Of a DNA stretch of 64,000 nt, positions 54,597-64,000 are shown piece by piece (within the stretch, counting starts at the first letter, position 1; each line of letters opens with the position of its first letter). The notes beneath the pieces are model-generated. The model worked only from the letters and a program-made list of their open reading frames with translations. It made no database searches and was not told where the DNA came from. Position numbers and translations under genes: made by a program. The stretch lies in NCBI GenBank assembly GCA_964019425.1, contig OZ025792.1, positions 310,001-374,000 on the forward strand, written 5' to 3'. The stretch is from Flectonema sp. DT1601. Taxonomy: Eukaryota.

Positions 54597-55364
54597 CTAG
54601 CTATCATTAATAGCGATGTGACCAACACCCAACTCGTCTAAAGTGTTACGAAGATTCTCAGCAGATGGGGGTGAATAATTTTCTAATATTGGCATACTGT
54701 AAGTTGATTGTGATAAATCTGAATTAGAGTATACTTTTAGAATACCCTCTACGTTAGGAATGTAAATGTCACTAAGCTCTTTTGAAAGACATGAGGAATC
54801 TTCTGATAGATTACCGTTGAATAGTTTTGAGATTTCCCAAGCAGCTGCTTCAGAAGTAAAGGGAAGCAACGAGCTATATGATCGTGCGAGGTGATGGTTG
54901 TCTTTAAATTGGTCTTCTTCGAGGAATAATCCAAAACATGAAACGGATTTATTTTCATTCACTAGTTGATAATATAACGGATTTCCAGACAAGATCTGAA
55001 CATCACTAATCATTGACGATAAACTAACAACGGAACCAATACTCATTCTGGGATCAGATGTGGTGATTATATTAGTTTTTGATCCGAGCATTGCAGCAGA
55101 TATTTGTTTCCAGCGATCAAAAGATGGTTCGTTATCCGAAAACACCGCAACAAACTTATCTCTTCCTGGTTGTAAACCTACCATCCAATGACATAATATT
55201 CTCGTGAATACATCATCTCTACTTAACCAAGTTGGTGTGCTCTCAACTTGTTGTTTCATGTACTGCATATCAGCGACTCTGACAGCACCATTACTTAGAT
55301 TTGTTCGTCTATCCCTCATCCGACTAGCTGTGAACCCCATCGCTCGAGTTCGGACTGCTGACAT
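54597..55364 (-). CDS. Hypothetical protein, 255 aa, possibly mitochondrial
   Basis: ATG ORF on the cluster strand with an Arg/Ser/Ala-rich N-terminus. Confidence 0.65.
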   Translation of the reverse strand: MSAVRTRAMGFTASRMRDRRTNLSNGAVRVADMQYMKQQVESTPTWLSRDDVFTRILCHWMVGLQPGRDKFVAVFSDNEPSFDRWKQISAAMLGSKTNIITTSDPRMSIGSVVSLSSMISDVQILSGNPLYYQLVNENKSVSCFGLFLEEDQFKDNHHLARSYSSLLPFTSEAAAWEISKLFNGNLSEDSSCLSKELSDIYIPNVEGILKVYSNSDLSQSTYSMPILENYSPPSAENLRNTLDELGVGHIAINDS

Positions 55365-55751
55365 TTTTTTTTACTCGGCCGGTATCGGCTGATTATGAGA
55401 ATATTTTTAACAAAGTTTTTTTTTTTTTTTTTTTTTTTTTTTCCACCTGTTTTCTCTCTCATCCTTTTTTTTTGGTAAAAATAACATACTCAAACACAAA
55501 ATGTAAAACATTAAATGTTTACACAATTGAGTGTAAAAATAATATTAAAATTTTATCAACATCAATGAATAAACTGCAAATGACCGTTGATTAATAGACT
55601 TTTAGGGTGTAATAAAAAATAAAAAAAATAAACAAAAGAAGTCAACCTTGGAAAAGGTAAAACTCTGGGATTTAAAAAAAAGAAAAAAATCAATTTCTTA
55701 AATAAAAAGAAAGCTATAATAATACAAAAAGAACGTAATTGAGAGTTGTCC

Positions 55752-56561
55752 TCAGCTGAGTAAAATTAGTGATCCCAAAAGATCCGCGCATCCCAAATAT
55801 TTTGTTAAGCTTTGCCAAAGTGATTCCTGAGACATTCCATCAGTTGACGATGCTAGCTGATCAAGAAAGCTAAATATCCACTTCTGCGCGTCCGGTACAA
55901 GTTGTGAATTAATTCCAATGAGATCCCCTTCATCATCTTCAGAATATAAAATTTCTTTACGAAAGAATAAATCCATTTTCTCTTCACTTTGAGTCCAACC
56001 GAAAATCTCCTCACCATCAACAGAAACTGATGTCTTCTGTGATGCTAAACTAATTATATTATCAGAAGCTGTCTGAAACTTATATGTACCTCCTCCACAT
56101 GGGGGTAACCTGTCTAACCAAAATTCGACAGTTGAAATCTGTTCGTCAACCTGTGCGAGTACTCTAGTTATGGTTTGTGCTGTTGCTTCATTGTTGGCAA
56201 TTTTCAAAGCAGATTCGAGGTGAATTTGACAGCCTTGTAAAACCTCTAGTAACTTATCGGGGTATTCTCTTGCCATTTCAATATTTAGCAGAGCTTTTTC
56301 AGCTTCAGAGATTAACTTGTCGATGTGATCGTCGTCTTGTGTTTTAGAAGTGTCATCCTTCGATTCAATGTTATAATCCATCTTTGAAGTTTCCACTTCT
56401 TGTTCTCGTTGTGTTTTCTCTACTCCTTTATCACAAACCAGTACACTGTCAGTGTGTCCTTCTCTTGCTCTTTCTTTTTCATATTTCGAATAGGAATTTT
56501 CTGCATCTCCCAACTCCTCTTCAAGTTTCTCTCTCAATTCGGATAGGGAGGGCTGGGGCAT
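55752..56561 (-). CDS. Hypothetical acidic helical protein, 269 aa
   Basis: ATG ORF on the cluster strand with a coiled-coil-like N-terminus. Confidence 0.65.
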   Translation of the reverse strand: MPQPSLSELREKLEEELGDAENSYSKYEKERAREGHTDSVLVCDKGVEKTQREQEVETSKMDYNIESKDDTSKTQDDDHIDKLISEAEKALLNIEMAREYPDKLLEVLQGCQIHLESALKIANNEATAQTITRVLAQVDEQISTVEFWLDRLPPCGGGTYKFQTASDNIISLASQKTSVSVDGEEIFGWTQSEEKMDLFFRKEILYSEDDEGDLIGINSQLVPDAQKWIFSFLDQLASSTDGMSQESLWQSLTKYLGCADLLGSLILLS

Positions 56562-57916
56562 TGTTTGTCGTACTGTGTGCTGAGAAAAGGTATAATTTTA
56601 GTAATGTTATCAGCAACGCAACCACAACTACCTAATTCACACAACTCACTTCCTTAGATTTCATCGTTGACCCTGAACTGAAAATAACAACATCACGCAA
56701 CAACACCAGCAATCTATATATCACAAGAGGGAGTATACGGGATGAGAAATTGAAAACTGGGGAGTGCGGATCATACGTAAGGCAGTGCCCAATATAACGT
56801 TTGCGTACATGATACGTTTTGTTGTTGTTGTTCTCTTCCTCTTTTTTTTTCTCCTTTTTTTTTTTTTTTGCATATAGGGTCTGCAAATGCCCATGGCGAA
56901 TTGCCGTTTATATCACTTGCGTATTTTTTCGCCTTCTGTTTCTTAGCAACAGGAAGTTGGGGCTATAAACCTTTTTTTTTTTTTTTTTTTTAAATTTCCC
57001 CCAAAAAGTCTCTTCATATTTGCGTGGCGCAGTTATGTCCCATGCAGTACACCAGACACTGTCGCTTACGCAATTAACTAAACGACTAGTGATCCAGCAC
57101 GTCCAGAAAAAGTTGTTGAGGGAGTAGGGCTGGGAAGGGAAGTGGGTATACAATAGACAACAGCATAAAAAGTAATGGGAGGGAATGAACCAAAACAATA
57201 AAAGAAAAATATATAAATAAAAAAAAAAAGAAATGAAGGGGGGGTGTTTGTGTTTTCAAAGTAGGGGGAGTACAATATTACCTGCTTTTTATACAGGTTT
57301 TGTTCAATTTTTTTTTTTTTTTTTTTTTATGTATGTATGTTTCCGCTGGTTTCTGTTGAAACAGTGTTTAATAATTTTTTTTTTTTTTTTTTTTTCTTCC
57401 GTTTATAAAGAAAGACGAAAAAAAATCAGTAAAACAATGAGTTTGCCTTTTTTTTTTTTATTGACTTTTACCCAAAATGATAGTGGCACGAATCGCTTGT
57501 TTCATAGTTTTTTTAAAAACAAAAAAAAAAAAAAGAAAAAAAAAAGAAAAACAACAACAACAAAACAAAGCTCTTTTAACCGCCTATTCTTGGAGGTGAC
57601 GAATGGCAGACACTTAAACTAAATCGACACCAATAAACGTTCATAAGCAATCAACTTTATACGAATGGGACGGGAAAGTCGATTGTACGAATATCAAATA
57701 CAACTACAATACCAGCATGGGTCATTCAGAACCGTAAGATAGAAGCGGATACAGTGGGTTCTTACGTGCTAGTCAACACAAAGAAAAGAAAAACAACAAA
57801 TCGCAAACTACAAACATATAGATGTTGGAGAACTATTTAATACTTAGTCGGAGTACTGTAGTGGCTGTTTTATTGTGTGTCTTGGTTATGTTATAATCAG
57901 TAAGTGACGCTAATAA

Positions 57917-59626
57917 CTACGAAACATACTTTGGGGATCTGGATCTGCCAGGAGATTCCCTTCCAGCTTGGTGAAAGAAGTTCGTATGTTTCTCACGAAG
58001 CTCACCTTCCTGCTCTTCAAGTGATTCACGTTGGGCACGGAGCTTAATTTCTTGTTCGACAATCGATTTCTCGTCATCCAGAAGGTTTCTCTTGCGAGCA
58101 TCTTCAGAAGCCAAGTGGTCCTCAGCGTCAGACACAGATCTGTCGTGTTCAGCAATGGCTTGTTGAGCCTCACTTAACGAACGCTGGGCAGGATCCTGTT
58201 TGTCACGAAGGTTCTGAAGTTGTCTCATGAGGTCTGAGTTGAGTCTTCCTGCAGCGGCAACGCGGTTCTGAGCGTCATACGACTGCTGTGCGAGATCTTG
58301 TTGTCTTTGTTCAGCATCCTGGTGTTCCTTAGCAGCTCTTGCTAAAGCATCCTTAGCATCCTCAACAGTTCTTGGGATGTCTCCAAGAATGTTATTGTGT
58401 CTGTCTTGAGCAGCATCAGCATCGGATTTCGCCTGATCAGCAAGTCCATTCTGACGGTCCTTCTCACGTCTCGCGTCTTCCAGCGCTTGCATGGCGCGCT
58501 TCTCAGCGTTTTCGGCCTGCGCTAGAGCAGCTTGCGCCGCCTGTGCGCGTCTGTTAGCTTCCTCACGTTCTCTTCCCGCCTGAGCAGCACGCTGCTGGGC
58601 AGCTCTTTCCTTTTCCTTCTCTGCCTGAAGAACGGCTTCTCTATCAGCTCTCGCCTGACGGGCAGCATCAATATCAGCCATTCCACGTCTGGCATCATCT
58701 TCAGCGGAACGCTGCTTGTCTTGAGCGTCCTGCATGTCTTGGTCAGCCTGACGCTGCTTGCCCTCCAAGTCTGATGCTTCGTTGGCCATTCCATCGAGTG
58801 CCTGCTGTGCACTTCTTTCTCTGTCCTCCAAACCTCCTCTCTGTGCCTTCATGTGATCAATTCTGCCGGCTTCTGCCAACTTCTCCCAGTGGGCTTTGAG
58901 TCTGTAGTAGAGAGAGTCGAGGAAGGCTGGGTATAATTCACAGAATCTCTGCCACTCGCTGTAGATCACGATGCCGTCTTTGTCGAAATCAGCCTTACGG
59001 AAGAGGTCTTCAGCTGCAACTGACGTTAGCTCCAGGCCTGTGATTTGGAAGACGCGGTGCCAGTCGTCAGGTCTGATTCCACTTCTGGTTTTGTTGGTGT
59101 CGATTTCGTCAAAAACGATTCTAACCTTCTCATCGTGTCCAATGTTATCTGGAAGGACATGAGCACCACCCGGAAGTTGGTAAACACCTCGAGAATTCGC
59201 CTGTGGAGGAGGAAGACTTGATGACTGATAAGCTCCACGAGCTGGTGAGACAGATCCAGCACCACCGATAGGAGAGTTTCTGGCATCTCCGAAGTAAGTT
59301 GGAGGCTTCTTTGCCAAAGGGATGTGTCCCTGAGATTCAGTAAAACGAGTACTGTGTGGTTGGAAGCAGTACAACTGACAGTAATGTTTAATTTGATTAG
59401 CTCCAAACACTTCAACCCATTCATCAGTTGACTCATCAACAACATGGAACTTAAGAACTTGAAATGTAGGAGTTCCTGCTCCTGGTCTCTGAGCGTTCTG
59501 CTCTGCTGAAAATGCAGCCTCAGTCTGTCTCGTCAAATCAGCGAGAGTCGGAGCGAAAGGGAACTCAATCTCAAGGTTCACCTTTCTGTGAAACACGTCA
59601 CTTGCTACGAAGATAGTGTACGGCAT
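57917..59626 (-). CDS. BILBO1: BILBO1-like cytoskeletal protein, intronless, 569 aa
   Basis: N-terminal domain VASDVF..KVNLE..FP..P...YCQLYCFQP...ESQ..IP as in trypanosome BILBO1; EF-hands DTNKT and DFDKDG; long coiled coil. Confidence 0.88.
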   Translation of the reverse strand: MPYTIFVASDVFHRKVNLEIEFPFAPTLADLTRQTEAAFSAEQNAQRPGAGTPTFQVLKFHVVDESTDEWVEVFGANQIKHYCQLYCFQPHSTRFTESQGHIPLAKKPPTYFGDARNSPIGGAGSVSPARGAYQSSSLPPPQANSRGVYQLPGGAHVLPDNIGHDEKVRIVFDEIDTNKTRSGIRPDDWHRVFQITGLELTSVAAEDLFRKADFDKDGIVIYSEWQRFCELYPAFLDSLYYRLKAHWEKLAEAGRIDHMKAQRGGLEDRERSAQQALDGMANEASDLEGKQRQADQDMQDAQDKQRSAEDDARRGMADIDAARQARADREAVLQAEKEKERAAQQRAAQAGREREEANRRAQAAQAALAQAENAEKRAMQALEDARREKDRQNGLADQAKSDADAAQDRHNNILGDIPRTVEDAKDALARAAKEHQDAEQRQQDLAQQSYDAQNRVAAAGRLNSDLMRQLQNLRDKQDPAQRSLSEAQQAIAEHDRSVSDAEDHLASEDARKRNLLDDEKSIVEQEIKLRAQRESLEEQEGELREKHTNFFHQAGRESPGRSRSPKYVS

Positions 59627-59972
59627 TTTGCTTGTCGGAGGGGGAGTTTCTTCCTTAAAAGACTAAAAAGAATATTTATCACAATAATAAAACAACAACT
59701 AACCCCAAGCAATTCAACAACAGCCCCCTGTTAATAAGAAATAGAGCAGTACAAAAAACAAATAATCACATCTTCACAACGTGTATAAACAGACAAAATG
59801 TGAGTAAACAAACAATAAGAGGGACAACAATGGGGAATGGGTAGGGTATAGCGGCAGAACCCATGTATTTTTTTTTTATAATTGAGGAATGGGGAATTAA
59901 TAGGGAAATAGGAGTAGGGGGCCATGCAAATCGCTTATTTTTGTGTTTTAATAACTTACTGTTGTTGTTATT

Positions 59973-60003
<31 letters not shown>

Positions 60004-60387
60004 CCCCAATATGTAAGTTCCGCAGCGATCAACTTCCACAAGCAGCTAGCAGGGACATTTTAACTAACACAATTTACATGGCATGGAAGGGAGTAGAAGA
60101 CGATTGCACAGTAGGAAACAGAAATAACTGTTGTCACCTGCAAACAACAAGAAATTACAACTGAAAAGCAGCAGAAAGAGACAATTAATTGAAACTATAC
60201 AGCTACGGGAAGGGAGGAAGAATCTATGTTTTTTTTTTTTTTTTTTTTTTTGAATTTTTTTCCCCAAGGGGTTTCTTTTGTTTCCTTCGTACCGCTAAAC
60301 TCACTGAGTTCAAAGAAAACAGGATTGGGAGGGACGGGGTACAAGAATCCCCAAAAGAACTGGTATTATCTATGTTTGTCTTTCCTT

Positions 60388-62370
60388 TTAGTAAGGTCTG
60401 GCGTAAGGGGAACCAGCAGCTGCCCCATTGTAAAGAGGAGAACGTTGGGCCAGAGCCGGTGATCTCGAAGCTGAGCGGCCCGGAGACTGTCTTCCAGTAG
60501 CGGTGAAGAACGTAGTGTGAGCATCTCTAAGTGCTCCTTCCTTCTCCTCAAGAGATTCACGCTGTTCTCTCAACTTAACTTCCTGCTCAACGAGGGTCTT
60601 TTCCTGGTCATCGAGCATCTTTCTCTGATCTCTCTCGTTGGCTAATGCTGCTTCCAATTCAGCAATTCTAGCATGGTGGTCTTGCAGAGCATTCTGAGCC
60701 TCCAACCAGGCCATGCGGCTTGGCTCCTGTCTGTCTCTCAATCCTTGAAGAAGTCTAGCGAGCTCATCCCTCATTCTCGCAGCTTCAGCTGCTGCTGCAG
60801 CAGCGTCGGCAGCGTTTTGTCCCAATTCCTTCTGACGCTGCACTGCAGCCAACAGTGCCTGTTCCGCTGCTTGCAGTCTGGCGATAGCATCTTCGATAGC
60901 ACGAGGGATTTCAGCGAGGAGCTGGTTGTGGCGGTCTGCGGCTCTCTGGCAGTCACCTGTTGCCTGGTCAACAATCGCTTGCTGTCTTTCCCTGTCTCTC
61001 TGGGCATCGTGCAGAGCTTGTGCAGCTCTTCTCTCAGCTGCTTCAGCATCAGCCAGACCCTGCTGGGCACCTGCCAACCTTCTTTGCGCCGCTTCAAGTT
61101 CGCGTGCGGCCTATTTAATTTATTTTCAAAACGCATTTACAACTATTTCCAAACCAAAAAAAAACAAATAAAGTGGAATATACCTCCTGGGCACGCTGCT
61201 GTGCTTGTCTCTCTCTGTCACGCTCAGCTGCGAGATCGCGTTCACGTTCGGCTCTGTTCTGCTTTGCGGCATCGACGTCCCGAGACTGTTGGTATTGTGG
61301 TTTTGCAGTTTTATTCTTCAGCCAATTATATTTTTTATTTTAAAAAAGGAATTGCGTTGGGACCAATGATATGCAAATAAAGGGATAATTGTACATACGG
61401 AATCACGAGCAGCATCTTCGGCAGCGCGTTGCCTTGCAGCAGCGTCAGCTGCTGCGCGGTCTGCTTCAGTCAAACGGCGCTGAGCATCTTCTGCTTCGGC
61501 AACGCATCTATCGAAGGCGTCCTTGGCGTTTCTTTCATTCGCCTCGAATTGCGCTAACAATTGGCGAGCCAGGTCGATTTGTTGTTCAGCCGCTAACTGA
61601 TCCCAGTACGCTTTTAATCTGTAGTACAAACTGTCTAGAAGAGTTGGGTACAATTCCGCAAATCGTTGCCATTCGGCGAAGTTGACAACACCGTCTCTGT
61701 CGTGATCAGCCTTGCGGAAGAGGTCCTCAACAGTAAGAGTAGAGAAGTCAAGCACCATGTGTAGGGATCGCTTCATTTCTTCAGGTTGGATGACGCGATC
61801 TTTGTTGGCGTCAATGTTCTCGAATACGATTCTAACTTTCTCATCGTGGGAAGCATTTTCTGGCATGTGTGGGGCATCCGTAGGCATCTGAAGACCTGGA
61901 AAAGAAGGTGCCGCCACGGAATTGCTCTGAGGGGCGTGATAAGTCGATTGCTGAAAGCTATTTCCCATAGGAGAGCTTGGTCCGTAACCACTGTACGTAC
62001 TACGAGGTTGAGCTTGAGACTGGTATGTTGAAGATGAAGAGTATCCGTATCTTGGCTTCGTAGCTGCCGGGATTTGTCCCTGCGATTCTGTGTGCTTAGT
62101 GCTGTGTGGCTGAAATGCGTAGCACTGGCAGCTGTGGCGAAGCTGATGTGCTCCAATTACTTCGACCCACTCATCACTAATGGCATCAACAATCTGAAAC
62201 TTTGACACCACATATGGTGGTGATCCGGGTCTTCTTGTCTGTGCCTCTGCCGAGAAAGCCTGTTCCGTAGCGGCTGTCAACTCTCCCATGGAAGGAGCAA
62301 CCGGGAAGTCCAGCTCAAGGTTAATTTTTTGACCGGCCACATCGGAAGCAACACATACGTTGAAAGGCAT
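60388..62370 (-). CDS. BILBO1: BILBO1-like paralogue; 3 exons (61399-62370, 61184-61285, 60388-61110), ~598 aa
   Basis: Same N-terminal domain, EF-hands and coiled coil. Phase-0 GT-AG introns 61286-61398 and 61111-61183 restore collinearity with the intronless paralogue. Confidence 0.88.
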
Positions 62371-63338
62371 GGTCAGTTTATTGGACGAGAAAAAGTATCC
62401 TCTGAGGGGGGTAAATTAGTTTTCGTTTTTGGGAACAAACTTCCTTGTCTAAACTTTAACACCATCCGTGTGAACCTATGAGTGAAATACTGGTAGCAAA
62501 CGCATGCCAATACACCTCATCGAAATCGATACAACTAACACACAGCAGAACACTGCACATTCTGTGCGGTAGTGGGGTACAAACATACAAAAAACAAAAA
62601 CAAAAAAAAGTAGAAATCGAGGAGGCGGGGTACCGAGCTATAATCGAATTTGCAATACAATGTTAATTAAGGGAAAAAAAACAAAGAAATGAATTTTTTT
62701 TTTTTTTTCCTTATGTTACTGAAATGTAGGAAATGCTAACTACTACTACAATGTGACAACAAGTCACCGAAAATCAATAGGCCTTACTGCATCGTAGACC
62801 AAAAAGGTTTAAGACCTTCACAGAGATATGTACAACTAAAGCATGAAATTCATGAAGAAAATATAATTATTACACAAGAAAAAAAATAGTGGGAAGAGTT
62901 CGCATTCGGTGACTATGACACACGCAGGAAGGATAGAAGGGTACAAACCCGCAGTGCTGTATTCTAACAAAGAGTAATCATTAAGCATCGTTGAAAAACA
63001 AAGCGACATAGTAAGTAAGTAATCCCAGCTGACTAAATTCATTAGGCAAGGTCATGTATATTTTATTTTTTTATCAGTCAAAATACCAGCGATTATTAAA
63101 ATCACTACTCTCTCACCGCCTGATATTTTTACTCGATTTTTATTTTTTTTGTTTTTTGAAAATTTTTGGTGACATTTTTTTTTTTTTCCAGAAATTGGTC
63201 GCAAAAAAAAAAGAGAATTTTTTAACTGATGTATTTTTTTTTCTTTTTTTTTTTTCCAGTTTTCATAGCTCTCAGTTAACAGTGAAGCCTGGAGCGAACT
63301 GATAGGTAGATTGAGCGCAAAAAGAAATTCGTCGAAAT

Positions 63339-63366
63339 AATGAATGAATGAATGAATGAATGAATG
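63339..63366. repeat. (AATG)7 microsatellite
   Basis: Seven perfect AATG units. Confidence 0.9.
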
Positions 63367-63806
63367 TCATCAAAAGTGATTTTACTCTCAAAGATGACGT
63401 TAATTGAGTTGCTAAGAACTACTGCCTGTTATGTTGCAAAGAGCAGACAACAACAAAAATACAACAACACAAAAGACTCGAACTCTCCCCCCTCCTCCTC
63501 CTACTATGTCAACAGGCTACAGGACGAAGCCAAAATGTTGAGTGAACAAATCACTTAGTGGTACGAAAAAATAAAAAAAATTGAAATTATTTAAAAAAAA
63601 AAAAAAAAAAAAACAGGGGGGAAAAAACTACAAATCAACAACTAACAAACAAACAGTAATGAATAAAAGAAAAGAAAAAAGCAGAGAGATATTATATAAA
63701 GGATACATGTGAGAATACACACAAAAGACATTTGCTAATACCTTTTGATAAGGGGATGAAAGTCGGAGAGGACCACGAGTAGGTGACTTATAGCGTCAAT
63801 AACTAC

Positions 63807-64000
63807 CTAGTGGTGATAGCTTGGCTTCTGAGGATGAAAAAACGTCGAGTGGGCTGATCGCAGTGCGCCTTCTTTTTCCTCAAGCGACTCCCGCTGTTCA
63901 CGTAGCTTGACTTCTTGCTCAACCAGGGCCTTTTCCTGCGAGTACATGAGTCTCTTTTCATTAATTTCCTTGTTAACGACACCCTCGCGGTCAGCAAGCT
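63807..64000 (-). CDS. BILBO1: 3' end of a third BILBO1-like paralogue (truncated by the window edge)
   Basis: Frame not in the ORF track reads ...EKALVEQEVKLREQRESLEEKEGALRSAHSTFFHPQKPSYHH*, matching the C-termini of both neighbours. Confidence 0.85.
   Translation of the reverse strand, partial: LADREGVVNKEINEKRLMYSQEKALVEQEVKLREQRESLEEKEGALRSAHSTFFHPQKPSYHH

Noticed and set aside
856..63558. Dozens of 60-130-aa poly-K/poly-F ORFs and antisense ORFs
   Set aside because: They are translations of A/T homopolymers or shadows of real minus-strand genes.

Overview
Eukaryotic nuclear DNA, almost certainly euglenozoan and probably diplonemid. The taxon is inferred from BILBO1 paralogues, amastin-like genes, a receptor adenylate cyclase, one-strand gene order and GT-AG introns. 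About 21 credible protein genes all lie on the minus strand, separated by AT-rich spacers full of poly(A)/poly(T) runs; nearly all short ORFs in the track are homopolymer or antisense artefacts. Splicing could be reconstructed by hand for the GH5, helicase, EMG1 and BILBO1-like genes. The most striking locus (31.4-39.9 kb) is a ~1550-aa RIG-I/Dicer-family helicase. It has two N-terminal SAM-like domains, a RIG-I-CTD-like zinc module placed before the helicase and no canonical RNase III signature. Its single 1.5-kb intron holds a repeat-bounded, PHD-finger-encoding mobile element, and the next gene encodes a SAM plus six-zinc-finger protein. Cis-intron acceptors are A-rich, whereas the AGs upstream of start codons are pyrimidine-rich. 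All domain calls come from motif recognition by eye; no database searches were run.
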